DNA from: Candidatus Bathyarchaeota archaeon
GTDB taxonomy: Archaea > Thermoproteota > Bathyarchaeia > Bathyarchaeales > Bathycorpusculaceae
DNA: 64,000 nt
Direction: 5' to 3'
Assembly: GCA_963828195.1 (NCBI GenBank)
Contig: CAWHDT010000002.1
Coordinates: forward strand, 1 to 64,000
In this document: one piece after another, positions 29,106 to 39,445 of the stretch
Layout: every line of letters begins with the position of its first letter
How positions within the stretch are numbered: position 1 is the first letter of the stretch
Program-made: the position numbers and the translations under genes
Notes under the pieces: model-generated
Told to the model about the DNA's origin: nothing
What the model saw: only the letters and a program-made list of their open reading frames with translations
Database searches by the model: none

Positions 29106-29417
29106 TTATTCTTTAACTTCTTCAGTTAATTTGAGAATTTCTGAATCCCCGGTTTCTCGGATGCTCAAGGCTGATATAATAAAGAGTTTTTTGCAGACTT
29201 CCGCCAAATCCATTGAGCCACCTTTGTATGTTATCACGGGGACTTTAGAGATTTCTCCATAGTATTCTATCTGTTCTTTTATGTCTTGTGGACAGTTAGA
29301 AGCTAAAACTATCATCTTAGCCTTGCCTGTTTTAGCGTTCTGCAATGCAACGTTGGCTCCGAAGGATACTTTGCCGGTTTTCACTGCGGTCGCTAATGCT
29401 TTATCTATATCTATCAT
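29106..29417 (-). CDS. rpl30e: 50S ribosomal protein L30e
   Basis: AVKTGKV.FG, K.IVLASNCP, G.SDIL; conserved position after rpoA. Confidence 0.97.
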   Translation of the reverse strand: MIDIDKALATAVKTGKVSFGANVALQNAKTGKAKMIVLASNCPQDIKEQIEYYGEISKVPVITYKGGSMDLAEVCKKLFIISALSIRETGDSEILKLTEEVKE

Positions 29418-32400
29418 GTTTCTGTTTTTCCTCCTTGTTTTGCCTGTTTATCAAATGTTGACATGTATAATTCAACTAAGCCTGTGCCGATTGGTATCGA
29501 CTGCCCTACTATAACGTTTTCTGTTACACCTGCCAAGGGGTCACTTTCGCCTTTCACAGCCGCTTCAACAATGTTAGGCACTGTAATTTCGAATGCCGCG
29601 CGGGCTAAAACACTTGCTTTTTTGCCGCTTATGCCGTGCCTGCCGATTTGCTGCACATTTCCAGTTGTCGTCATCATGTCTGCTACGAGCATAACGTGGC
29701 GCACATCAACATCTAAGCCCTGATCTTCCAAGACGCCTTTTGCCTCGTGGACTAACGCGTTTCTTGAAGCCTCCACACCTAAAGTATTGGCAATCTCGTG
29801 AATGTTGTTGGTGCTTGTTCGTGAAGTATCTACTCCGTGGACTTCTAAGACTTTAGACAGGTTTGAGCCATCAGTGCGTATTACCCATTCGCCGCTTTCT
29901 TCAGTCACTAGCACACGTTTAATGTCAGGTACACCTTTAACTTGAAAACCTGGAATCTTCGTTAACATCCTCTTCAGTTGCTCAGCTTTTTTCGGCTTAA
30001 TCTGCACCATATAATCAGTAATGGTCACCGTCGCGTTTTGCAGTTCCAACCGCTCCTTCAGCTCATCCATCGTTATGTTTCGGTCATCCATCATTGACTT
30101 GCTTAATTCAATAACGATTTCTTCACGCACAGGGTCCTCATAGATCGCGGAAGCCAAGTTTTCGACTGAAGTGTAAATTATGTTCCTTGCAACTTCAACA
30201 GCGCCTTCTTTGCTCTTCGCGAATTCGCCCATTAAGTAAATCGTCATGATTGGCGTTGAAGGAATTCTGCGTGCATCAACGATTTCGATGAGTCTGGGTA
30301 AGCCTAAGGTGACGTTTTGTTCTTTGACACCAGCGTAGTGGAAGGTTCTAAGAGTCATCTGCGTACCAGGTTCACCTATTGACTGGGCTGCAACGATTCC
30401 CACTGCTTCGCCAGGCTCCATTAAGGCGCGTTTGTATTGTTCAGCAGTTGAGGTGGTGGCTTTTTCAACACTTTTCTTGGTTAGTTTGTTCTTAGCGAAG
30501 TTTTGTTTAAGCTGATTCAGCAAAATCGGCGTAAGCTGTTCCTCAACCCGTTTCAGCTGTTTCTTGATTTCTTCGGCTGATGCAGCTTCTCCTTTTTCTT
30601 CGCCGATTTTTATCTGGTCAATAAGCCGGTTGACGTTTACTGCTTTGCCATGGTCGCTTTTAGCTGGGTCAACACCATCTTCTCCATAACGGAACTGGAT
30701 TATATCGCCCGATGAATCTCGAACTGTGCTGTCATATTCTAATCTGACGTGCTCTAAAGCGTTAATCAAACGTCTTTGCATGTAACCGCTTTGTTGAGTT
30801 CGGACGGCTGTGTCAACTAGTCCTTCTCTGCCACCCATCGCGTGGAAGAAGAATTCAATCGCGTCTAAACCTGTCTGGTAAGAGTTGTAGACAAAGCCTC
30901 TTGCTCTGGGACTTGGGTCACCATCGACGAAGTGCGGCAGCGCTCTTCCAGCATAGCCTCGCAAGATACGTTTGCCTCGCACTGATTGTTGCCCAACACA
31001 AGCAGCCATTTGACCGATGTTCAGGCTTGAACCTCTCGCGCCCGTTCGCGTCATGACAATGCCAGCGTTCTCCAATGTGAAGTCGTCGTCTGCTATTTTG
31101 CCCGATTCATCTCTGGCGGTGGCAAGCTCGTGCATGACGTAGATTTCAAATGATTCCTCTAAGGTCTGCCCAGGCAAGCGCGGCAGGGTTCCGTTGCGGT
31201 AGTTTTCGATGAGTTCATCGATTTTCTTTTGGATACGCTCCATCGTCTTTGCCATGCGATTGCGGGCTTTCGGCGAGAGAACAAGTTGGTCGTAGGTGTA
31301 GCTGAATCCCCGCATGGAAATGTACAGTTTCAGCAGATGAGTTACCTTGTTGAGGAATTCGCGTCCTGCTGGCGTGCCGTAGTCTTTGATTATTCTGTGA
31401 AGGAGACTTTCGGATTGTTCGGAGCCGATTGATTTCCTGTCAATTATGCCTGAAACTAGTTGGCCATTCCTGACTACCACGTAGGCGTCGTGTTTGCATT
31501 CTTCTTCTTCGCATTTAGTGCAGCCTTGACAAATGTTGGCTTTCAACACGTAATTGAGGGTTTTTGGCAGGAAGAGACTGAAGATTTGTTTTCCCGACCA
31601 CATCGGTTGGGGTTCCTTGATTTCTGGCTCTGGCAGTTCGCCTTCATATTGAGTTGTGGTTAGAAGCCTGTTAACTTGACTTCGAGTCAAATAGCTTCCT
31701 TTTCGTGTGAAGTAATAGGCGCTTGTGATAAAGTCTCTAATTGCACCGATGATGGGTCCGCCGAATCTGGGTGAGAGAATCTGGTCTTGAACCTGCATTA
31801 GCAACAGCGCTTCGGTCCGTGCTTCTTCGCTTTGTGGAACGTGAAGGTTCATTTCGTCGCCGTCAAAGTCAGCGTTGTAGGGGGGGCAAACGCAGAGGTG
31901 AAGGCGGAAAGTCTTGTACGGCAAAACCCGAACGTAATGAGCCATAATTGACATGCGGTGAAGTGAAGGCTGCCGATTAAAGATTGCAATGTCGCCGTTC
32001 TTTAGGTGACGTTCAACCACGAATCCTAATTCTACAGCTTCAGCGATTTTGGTTCGGTCAACAACGAATTCAAGCCTAATGCGCTTTCCATCAGGCCTAA
32101 TAATGTATAAGGCGCCAGGATAGTTTTCTGGACCGTTAATTACGAGTTTCTTGAGTTCATCAATGTTCCACGCTGTGACTTTTTCTGGAACAGATAACCG
32201 CATAGCAACATCTACCGGCACACCCACCTCGTTAATGTCAAGGTTCGGATCGGGGGAAATAACTGTGCGGGCTGAAAAGTCAACTCGTTTGCCTGATAGG
32301 TTGCTTCTGAAGCGGCCTTCTTTTCCCTTTAGCCTTTGCGAGAGAGTCTTCAATGCTCTGCCGCTGCGGTGCCTTGCCGGCGGAATGCCTGAGGCTTCGT

Positions 32401-33250
32401 TGTTAAAGTAGGTGGTAACATGGTACTGTAAAAGCTCTGAGAGGTCTTGAATGATAAGTGTCGGTGCACCTGCTTCCATGTTCTCTTTCAGACGCTGATT
32501 AATACGGATGATGTCTACAAGCTTATGAGTTAAGTCATCTTCAGAACGGATACCTGATTCTAACGTGATTGATGGGCGAACGTAAACTGGAGGAACAGGT
32601 AAAACCTGCAGAACCATCCATTCTGGACGGGCAACTTTCGGGTTAAACCCTAAGATTTCAAGGTCTTCGTCTGAGACGCGTTCAAGCCTTTCACGGATCA
32701 TGCTGGGAGTCAAGGGTTCAGAGCCTGCTTCAGTCTGCTCGATAAACTTTGTCGGTTTCTCAAATGTAATCTTGTATTGTGCGGAGGCGCAGTAGGGACA
32801 TTGCTTAGCTTTTATTTCAGTCATTATCTCCTTGTAAACTTCATCTGGAATTGTGCCTAAAAGCTCGTTGTAACGTTCGATTCGTGCGCGCGCTTTCTTT
32901 GCAGCGTCTTCGGACAGGAGTATGCGACCGCAACTGCGGCATGTGGCTTTCAAGAGGTCGAAGATAATTTTTGTAAATTCTATATGGACAATCGGCACGG
33001 CTAGTTCAATGTGCCCAAAATGCCCCGGGCAGCGAATAGCTGTGTTGCCGCAGGTTTTGCATCTTTGCCTTGGCTCAAGAGTTCCTAATCTACCATCCAT
33101 TAAGCCAGCGGTGATGGGTGCGCCGTCTTCGTCGTAGGTGTCTGGTGTCTGGATTTCAACGACTGATTGTTTTCTGAGGTCTTTAGGTGAGATTAAGCCG
33201 AATGAGATTTCATCGACTATTTTATGGATTAGTTCTTCCTGTTGGGACAT
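29414..33250 (-). CDS. rpoA: DNA-directed RNA polymerase largest subunit, fused A'/A''
   Basis: NADFDGD catalytic motif, GHFGHIEL, and the A'' motif GEPGTQMTLRTFH in one 1278-aa ORF. Confidence 0.98.
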   Translation of the reverse strand: MSQQEELIHKIVDEISFGLISPKDLRKQSVVEIQTPDTYDEDGAPITAGLMDGRLGTLEPRQRCKTCGNTAIRCPGHFGHIELAVPIVHIEFTKIIFDLLKATCRSCGRILLSEDAAKKARARIERYNELLGTIPDEVYKEIMTEIKAKQCPYCASAQYKITFEKPTKFIEQTEAGSEPLTPSMIRERLERVSDEDLEILGFNPKVARPEWMVLQVLPVPPVYVRPSITLESGIRSEDDLTHKLVDIIRINQRLKENMEAGAPTLIIQDLSELLQYHVTTYFNNEASGIPPARHRSGRALKTLSQRLKGKEGRFRSNLSGKRVDFSARTVISPDPNLDINEVGVPVDVAMRLSVPEKVTAWNIDELKKLVINGPENYPGALYIIRPDGKRIRLEFVVDRTKIAEAVELGFVVERHLKNGDIAIFNRQPSLHRMSIMAHYVRVLPYKTFRLHLCVCPPYNADFDGDEMNLHVPQSEEARTEALLLMQVQDQILSPRFGGPIIGAIRDFITSAYYFTRKGSYLTRSQVNRLLTTTQYEGELPEPEIKEPQPMWSGKQIFSLFLPKTLNYVLKANICQGCTKCEEEECKHDAYVVVRNGQLVSGIIDRKSIGSEQSESLLHRIIKDYGTPAGREFLNKVTHLLKLYISMRGFSYTYDQLVLSPKARNRMAKTMERIQKKIDELIENYRNGTLPRLPGQTLEESFEIYVMHELATARDESGKIADDDFTLENAGIVMTRTGARGSSLNIGQMAACVGQQSVRGKRILRGYAGRALPHFVDGDPSPRARGFVYNSYQTGLDAIEFFFHAMGGREGLVDTAVRTQQSGYMQRRLINALEHVRLEYDSTVRDSSGDIIQFRYGEDGVDPAKSDHGKAVNVNRLIDQIKIGEEKGEAASAEEIKKQLKRVEEQLTPILLNQLKQNFAKNKLTKKSVEKATTSTAEQYKRALMEPGEAVGIVAAQSIGEPGTQMTLRTFHYAGVKEQNVTLGLPRLIEIVDARRIPSTPIMTIYLMGEFAKSKEGAVEVARNIIYTSVENLASAIYEDPVREEIVIELSKSMMDDRNITMDELKERLELQNATVTITDYMVQIKPKKAEQLKRMLTKIPGFQVKGVPDIKRVLVTEESGEWVIRTDGSNLSKVLEVHGVDTSRTSTNNIHEIANTLGVEASRNALVHEAKGVLEDQGLDVDVRHVMLVADMMTTTGNVQQIGRHGISGKKASVLARAAFEITVPNIVEAAVKGESDPLAGVTENVIVGQSIPIGTGLVELYMSTFDKQAKQGGKTET

Positions 33251-33251
33251 T

Positions 33252-36200
33252 TTATGCCTTCTCCTTAAGTCTTAATTTGGGTGTAATGCAAAGGCTTTGA
33301 AGCTCCTGCAGCAGAAGCTTGAAAGCATACGAAACGATTACGGGTGAAATCTTCGCTTTTTCGTCGCATATCCTGCAGACGTAGCGTCTTTGTTTCATGT
33401 CGAAGTACGCAATTTGACCACAGTTCTCGCATATATATAGCGTGTACTTATCTGACTCTTCCAGCAACCTGTCTCTAAGCAGCATAGCAGCGCCGTGACC
33501 GATAAGGCAGTCTCTCTCCATTTCCCCGAATCTTAGACCCCCGCCTCTGGCTCTGCCTTCCGTTGGCTGTCTTGTTAACATCTGTACCTGGCCACGGGCT
33601 CTGGCGTGTATTTTGTCTGCAACCATATGGTGAAGTTTTTGGTAATAGACTACTCCGACGAAGACGTCTGCAACGAATTTTTCGCCTGTAGTGCCGTTGT
33701 AGAAGACCTCGCTTCCAGTGTGGCTGTAACCAAGTTTTATGAGGTTCTTACGGACTTCGGTGGGACCTTCGTTTGAGAATGGTGTTCCGTTGGCTGGTTT
33801 TCCTCTTGCTGAAGCAGCTTTTCCAGCGATGGATTCGATGAATTGGCCGATGGTCATTCTTGAGGGTATGGCATGTGGGTTGATTATTAGGTCAGGTACC
33901 ATGCCGTCATCAGTGAAGGGCAGGTCCTCTTGGGGCACAATTAAGCCTATGACTCCTTTTTGTCCGTGGCGTGAAGCGAATTTGTCGCCAAGCTCTGGGA
34001 CCCGTTGGTCGCGAACTCTAACTTTTACAAGTTGGCTGCCTTCGCCTGACATTGTTATGAATATGCCGTCTACAATCCCTGTTTCGGAGGGACGCATATC
34101 GACTGAGGTATCACGCATCGATGGACCTTTAACTTCGAATTCCTTGTATTCTTCCAAGAATCTTGGTGGGCTGATTCTGCCGATTAACACGTCTCCGCCG
34201 ACAACCTGTGATTCTAAACTGATTATTCCGTCAGGCTCAAGCAAACGGTAATATTGTTCGCCGCGGTAACCGCGGGTTCCAGGCTCGGGAACCGTGAACT
34301 TGTCTTTTAATCCGCCTAGGTACTGGCGGCATTCTGCTTCGTAAATGCGGTAGAATGTGGATCTGGCTAAGCCGCGTTCTATGGATGCTTTGTTGAATAT
34401 TATCGCGTCTTCCATGTTGTAGCCTTCGAAGCTAAGCACAGCGACGATGCAGTTTTGACCTGTGGGCCGTTGTTTGTAGCCCATGACTTCCATCAGTTCG
34501 GTTTCAACCATGGGAACTTGGGGATAATGCAATATGTGGGAGCGCGAGTCAACGCGGTGGTGGAAGTTGGTGCCGTAAACGCCCAGCGCTTGTTTAGCCA
34601 TAGCTGCCTGGTATGAGTTGCGAGGCGACTGGTTATGTTCAGGATACGGGATTGTTGAGGCGCAGATTCCAAGAATCGTGTAAGTGGCAATTTCTACATG
34701 AGTGTTTGTAGGTTGAATTGCATCAAATGTTAAGGCGATGTAAGCGTTTTCTTCTTCTTCAGCGTCCAAATACTCGATTAAACCGTTCTTAACAACATCT
34801 TCCCAAGTCCACTCGCCTAAACCGATCTTTTCAAAATGTTTAGGCTGAAGCTTCGAAACCCCATTTTCAACGATAATAAGTGGGCGCCTGACTCTGCCTT
34901 CGTCACAGTTAGCATGCACTTCTTCAGTTTCGGTTTGCTGCCTTGAGAAATATGTTACGTTTACTTCTGTTGAAATTTCTCCAGCGCGTCTTTTCTCGCG
35001 GAAAGACTTCACCATTTCCTGCGGGTTATTACAATAGCCAATTATGTTTCCGTCAACGAAAACTTTAGCTCCTGAAATACGCAATTCGCGGCTGGCTTCT
35101 GCTGCCGGCACAGAACCCATTTCAAAAAGCAACTGCTTTACTCTGTCAGGATTTACTCCAACAGCAATCGAGGCGGATAATGCCAAGTTTTTGACCAAGC
35201 CACAGTTAGAGCCTTCGGGGGTTTCGTTTGGACACAAGCGTCCCCAGTGAGTTGGATGCAAGTCTCTGGCTTCGAAGTTTGGTTGGCTTCTGCTCAATGG
35301 AGATTGGAGCCTACGCAGGTGGCTCAGCGTTGAAATGTAGTTTGTTCGATCTAGCAGTTGAGTGATGCCGACTCTGCCTCTTCCCCAGTTGCCTGTTGCC
35401 AAAGCATGCTGGAAACGTTCAGTTATAATACCTGGGCGAACAGCAGCTGAAACGGTTATGATTGGTCCTTTAACGCCTATGCGTTCAAGCTGATACTTTA
35501 TATCGCGGGTTAAGTTCCTGAATGAAACACGGAACAGGTCTGCAAGAAGTGGACCGCCAAGTCGAAGACGTTTGTTTTTGAAGTGGTCTTTATCGTCAGG
35601 TTGCCTTCTGCCCGTTTTCAACTGCAGAACTCTGTAAGCCATTTCGCCTAGGAAAATTGCTTTTTCCTTTCGGTTCTTTTCGCTTCTGCCCAGATGCGGC
35701 AAAAAGTTTTTGTCCAGGGCGGTTTCGGCTTTCTGCAGTCGGTACTCTTCAACTTGTCCGTGTGCAACGCGGTTCCCGATGAACAGGATTGCGTCAGCAG
35801 GTGTATCTACGCCGATGGCTTTTTCAAAAGAAGCGGCAAGTTGGCTTTGCATTTCGCTGTCAAGCGAGACAGCTTCTGCGATGTCTTTGTCTTTTTCCAG
35901 GCTTAAGGCACGCATTATAACGACAAATGGGATTTCAGTCGGCACTCCGGGCATGGTAACGTAGATGGCATCGTCTGATTTGAGTTTAAGTTCAATTCGT
36001 GCTCTGAAGCCAACTGTGGTTGAGAAAATTTTTGCTTGGTAAACAGGCGAGGTTCCTTTCTCGTCGATGTCTACGATAACTCGGTTAGGCGCCAAGTCTT
36101 CCATGGCAACGATGACTCGTTCAGAACCGTTAACCACGAAGTATCCGCCTTGATCGTCAGGGTCTTCTCCTGCGGCGATAAGTTCTTCTTCGGAGAGTTG

Positions 36201-36620
36201 CGATAGGAAGCAGAGTTTTGATTTAAGCATGACTGGGATGTTGCCGATGTAGACTAGTTCCGTGTCCTGTTCTCTTCCGTCGATTACCGGCGTCATTTCC
36301 AGTGCGATTGGCGCTGAATATGCTAAGTTGCGCAGTCTGGCTTCCATGGGGTAAATTTCGTGTTTGGTGCCGTCTACTTCGGTTACGTATGGGCTGGTGA
36401 TGCGTGATTGCGGGTCAATTACCCAGATTTGCCCAAGTTTTACTTTGTAGGGGCTTTCTGGAACTTCAATGGGGATTTCCGCGACTTCGTCAACAACTTC
36501 TTGTAAGCCATGGTCGATGAATTCGTTGTAGCTGTCAAGGTGCTGGCGTACGAGGCCTTTTTGGTTGAAAAAAGTTTTCAGTAACTCGCGGATATCTTCT
36601 TTTTGGATAAGTGCAGTCAA
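33252..36620 (-). CDS. rpoB: DNA-directed RNA polymerase subunit B (unsplit)
   Basis: GDKFASRHGQKG, GGLRFGEMERDC, ETPEG..CGLVKN. Confidence 0.98.
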   Translation of the reverse strand: MTALIQKEDIRELLKTFFNQKGLVRQHLDSYNEFIDHGLQEVVDEVAEIPIEVPESPYKVKLGQIWVIDPQSRITSPYVTEVDGTKHEIYPMEARLRNLAYSAPIALEMTPVIDGREQDTELVYIGNIPVMLKSKLCFLSQLSEEELIAAGEDPDDQGGYFVVNGSERVIVAMEDLAPNRVIVDIDEKGTSPVYQAKIFSTTVGFRARIELKLKSDDAIYVTMPGVPTEIPFVVIMRALSLEKDKDIAEAVSLDSEMQSQLAASFEKAIGVDTPADAILFIGNRVAHGQVEEYRLQKAETALDKNFLPHLGRSEKNRKEKAIFLGEMAYRVLQLKTGRRQPDDKDHFKNKRLRLGGPLLADLFRVSFRNLTRDIKYQLERIGVKGPIITVSAAVRPGIITERFQHALATGNWGRGRVGITQLLDRTNYISTLSHLRRLQSPLSRSQPNFEARDLHPTHWGRLCPNETPEGSNCGLVKNLALSASIAVGVNPDRVKQLLFEMGSVPAAEASRELRISGAKVFVDGNIIGYCNNPQEMVKSFREKRRAGEISTEVNVTYFSRQQTETEEVHANCDEGRVRRPLIIVENGVSKLQPKHFEKIGLGEWTWEDVVKNGLIEYLDAEEEENAYIALTFDAIQPTNTHVEIATYTILGICASTIPYPEHNQSPRNSYQAAMAKQALGVYGTNFHHRVDSRSHILHYPQVPMVETELMEVMGYKQRPTGQNCIVAVLSFEGYNMEDAIIFNKASIERGLARSTFYRIYEAECRQYLGGLKDKFTVPEPGTRGYRGEQYYRLLEPDGIISLESQVVGGDVLIGRISPPRFLEEYKEFEVKGPSMRDTSVDMRPSETGIVDGIFITMSGEGSQLVKVRVRDQRVPELGDKFASRHGQKGVIGLIVPQEDLPFTDDGMVPDLIINPHAIPSRMTIGQFIESIAGKAASARGKPANGTPFSNEGPTEVRKNLIKLGYSHTGSEVFYNGTTGEKFVADVFVGVVYYQKLHHMVADKIHARARGQVQMLTRQPTEGRARGGGLRFGEMERDCLIGHGAAMLLRDRLLEESDKYTLYICENCGQIAYFDMKQRRYVCRICDEKAKISPVIVSYAFKLLLQELQSLCITPKLRLKEKA

Positions 36621-36957
36621 ACTCTTTTTTCTCCATAAATTTTATGTTCTTGTGATTTCGTTAGTGTTTTCAAACTTCCAACTCCTTCGATATGGGATCA
36701 TCCATTTGAAAAAGGATTCTACGGACTTTTCTAAGAGCACAAACACATGCTACAGAGCTATCTAATAAACCTTATCGTGCACAACGCGGCTAAACTGAAG
36801 GAGCAATAAACTTCCATAATGCAACTACACTAAAAAATGTTTGCTGACTTGCCGCATAACAAAGAAAAACGCGAAAGAAAACTGAAGAGGTGCGTAAATT
36901 GAAAAGCGGTTTCCGCCAGAAAGCAAATTTGAGAAAACAGGTTTTTGGCAGATTTTT

Positions 36958-37205
36958 AAGTTGCGACTTTGTGGTTTGGGGAAGTTGCGACTTTCCGCGT
37001 TGGCTCTTTGTGTTTTGGGTTGTTTTGTTGGTTTGGGGTTTGAAGGCGTTTGTTTGTTGCGACTTTAGGATGGGCGGGATGCGACTTTGCATGTTGACTC
37101 CATGTTGAAGTTATTGTCGGTTATGGCCGCGGCGGTTTTCAAGGCGTCGGGTTCGGTTTTGCTTGGGTTTCAATTTGGGGTTGCTGGTTTTGAGAGTTGC
37201 GACTT
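36958..37205. repeat. Cluster of five copies of quasi-palindrome (AA)GTTGCGACTT(T) in a G/T-skewed intergenic tract
   Basis: Copies at 36958, 36982, 37056, 37078 (GATGCGACTTT) and 37195. Confidence 0.7.
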
Positions 37206-37488
37206 CGGCTTAACCTAAATTGAAAATGGGGTTCGTCGCGCAATCAAGAAAAATCGGCAACGCCAAGCATACAGATTCCAAGTCGAAAACCACCTAAACG
37301 AAATACTCGCATGCGGCGCGGAATACCAAAGAACCCGAACGGACCCTTAACGGTGATTTTGGCAAAACTGATGCGTCCTCGATTTTATCAGTCTAAGTCC
37401 TCGACCCCTTTGCATATTTTTCCGTAAAGTTAAAGAGGTCAAACAGTTAAAAGTGTATTAAAACATGGCACATTGAGATTTTAAGAGC

Positions 37489-37785
37489 ATGGAAAAGTCA
37501 CTTGAAGAAGTAAAACTGCAGCTTCAGGCATTAAAACCCACTTTAAACAGGCGATTCAAGGTGGAAACAGTAGATATTTTCGGCTCATTTGCCAGAGGAG
37601 AGCAGAACGAAAAAAGCGATTTAGATATTCTGGTGACGTATTCTGAAATGGTTGATTTCCTTCTAATTGCCCGCTTACGAAGATACCTCAGACGCAAACT
37701 ACACATGAAAGTTGATGTAATCTCAAAAGAGTTTCTAAATAAATACATTAAAGAAAAAGTACTAGAGGAAGCTGTGCCCGTGTGA
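37489..37785 (+). CDS. Minimal nucleotidyltransferase (MNT)
   Basis: IFGSFARGEQ...SDLDILV, KVDVIS. Confidence 0.92.
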   Translation: MEKSLEEVKLQLQALKPTLNRRFKVETVDIFGSFARGEQNEKSDLDILVTYSEMVDFLLIARLRRYLRRKLHMKVDVISKEFLNKYIKEKVLEEAVPV

Positions 37786-37801
37786 AAAGGCCGTTGATTG
37801 A

Positions 37802-38128
37802 ATGCGTGAGGTCGTCTTTGAAGTAATCTCGAAGCTCTCAAAGAAGATTGCTTTGACAGCCAATGGATATGAACATGTTTCTGAGAGGCATCCTGAGGTT
37901 TCGGGCGAGGTCGAGAAGATGAGGAACACGCTGGTCAACCCACAAGTAATCAGGAAAAGTACGTATGAAGACAAGGTTTGGTTGTTCTACAGGCTATTTG
38001 ATAAAACGCCTGTCAGTCGGAAATATTTAATGGTTGGCGTGAGATTATTCAATAATGAAGGAATTGTGATTACGAGTTACTTCACAGACAAAATTAAGAT
38101 GGGTGACGAAATTTGGCAAGAAGAATAA
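37802..38128 (+). CDS. Putative RelE/BrnT-like RNase toxin, paralog of 7237..7551
   Basis: HVSERHPEV...TLVNP..IRKS....VWLFYR....TPVS.KYLMV.V...N.EG.VITSYFTDKIK.G. Confidence 0.7.
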   Translation: MREVVFEVISKLSKKIALTANGYEHVSERHPEVSGEVEKMRNTLVNPQVIRKSTYEDKVWLFYRLFDKTPVSRKYLMVGVRLFNNEGIVITSYFTDKIKMGDEIWQEE

Positions 38129-38349
38129 ACTTCTTCTTTGACGAAGAAAGCGATGTACTAGACATTACTATAGGGGAGCCCAAAAAAGCCGTTGCTAAAG
38201 AGCTTAAAAACGACGTAGCTGTCAGATGCGACCCTGCGACAGGTGAAATAGTGGGCATAGTAATATTGAATTTCAGAAAAAGATTTGAAGGAAAAAACAA
38301 GCCAGAGAAAATTGATCTCCCCCTCAACATAACCATAACACCAAGCTAA
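38113..38349 (+). CDS. DUF2283-family protein, paralog of 7031..7255
   Basis: FFDEESDVLDITIGEP.K...GEIVGI.ILNF. Confidence 0.82.
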   Translation: MARRINFFFDEESDVLDITIGEPKKAVAKELKNDVAVRCDPATGEIVGIVILNFRKRFEGKNKPEKIDLPLNITITPS

Positions 38350-38436
38350 CAACATAAAATAATACGTCAATTTCTATGCGTTCAACCAAAGCTATGCGTT
38401 GTTGAATTTTCAAAGAATTCTTAGTCAGGAACTGTG

Positions 38437-39324
38437 TTAGCGTTTAATTATCTGCATGTCGATGTTCTTGTTGTCGATATTTACTGCCTTTTTAGTCAAA
38501 ATTGGTAGTAGGTTTTGGTCGGTTTCATACCCGACGCTGTTGCGTTCGTTCTGCATGGCTACTTTTGCGGTTGTTCCCGAGCCTAAAAACGGGTCTAGTA
38601 CTGTGTCGCCTTTTATGCTGAACATTTTGATTAGGCGGTCTGCGATTTCGTCGGGGTAGGCTGCGGTTCTTCTTTCCAGTTCGTTTGAGGTCTGCCGTGT
38701 TCCCTTGAGTGCCCAGATTTGGCTGAACCACTCGTCCCGCTGGGGTTTAGTGAAGGCGCTGTCGTATCGGGTTTTGTCTTTGGGCGGGAATTTGCGGAGG
38801 CTACCTTTCCTGAATAGGAGGATGAATTCGCAGTCCAATGTGACGTAGGCATTTGGCGGCAGAAAACCTGAGCCTAAAAACGCGCCTTTACCCTTGTATT
38901 TCGGCTTAGTCGTGGGTTTCTTCCAAAGAATGTAGGGCAGCGTGGTGAAGCCGATTTTTTCGCAAATCTCCATGATCCGCGCATGGTTGGGAAAAAGCTT
39001 GAATTTGCCGTTTACTGTGCGTGTTGCATCGCCGATGTTTATGCAGGCTATGCCCCCGTCGCAGAGAACGCGGTATGTTTCCCGCCAAACCTCCCCGAGG
39101 TAAAGGTGCATTGCATCGTAAATTTGCGGGACAGCCTCGTCTTCGCAGTCCTCTTCCAGTTTCCGCCACAGCGCCCCAATCCTTGGGTCGGCATCTGAGA
39201 AGAGGTTGTCCCACATCTGGATCATGGGGTAAGGCGGCGAAGTAACCATCAGCTGGATGCTGCCGTCTTTGAGTTCTGGCATCGTTTGGCTGTTGCCGAG
39301 GATTATTTTGTGTTCCGTGTGCAT
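38437..39324 (-). CDS. Beta-class amino-DNA methyltransferase (likely N4-cytosine), orphan
   Basis: VTSPPY catalytic motif precedes VLDPFLGSGTT SAM-binding motif; start reassigned to ATG 39324. Confidence 0.92.
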   Translation of the reverse strand: MHTEHKIILGNSQTMPELKDGSIQLMVTSPPYPMIQMWDNLFSDADPRIGALWRKLEEDCEDEAVPQIYDAMHLYLGEVWRETYRVLCDGGIACINIGDATRTVNGKFKLFPNHARIMEICEKIGFTTLPYILWKKPTTKPKYKGKGAFLGSGFLPPNAYVTLDCEFILLFRKGSLRKFPPKDKTRYDSAFTKPQRDEWFSQIWALKGTRQTSNELERRTAAYPDEIADRLIKMFSIKGDTVLDPFLGSGTTAKVAMQNERNSVGYETDQNLLPILTKKAVNIDNKNIDMQIIKR

Positions 39325-39445
39325 GCGTATTCCATACTGTATCGTCTGGCGAGCGCTTTTACTTTTGCGGTAACTGCTCGGAATCAACAGACAGGAAACC
39401 CAAAATAACCTAGCCGAGTTTAATCTATTGTTAAAGTGAACCAAA

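Noticed and set aside
36790-37108. ORFs 36790..37092(-) and 36890..37108(+)
   Set aside because: Low-complexity translations of the skewed repeat tract, with no family features
36958-37205. CRISPR array
   Set aside because: Repeats are only 11-13 nt with irregular spacing, and no cas genes are present
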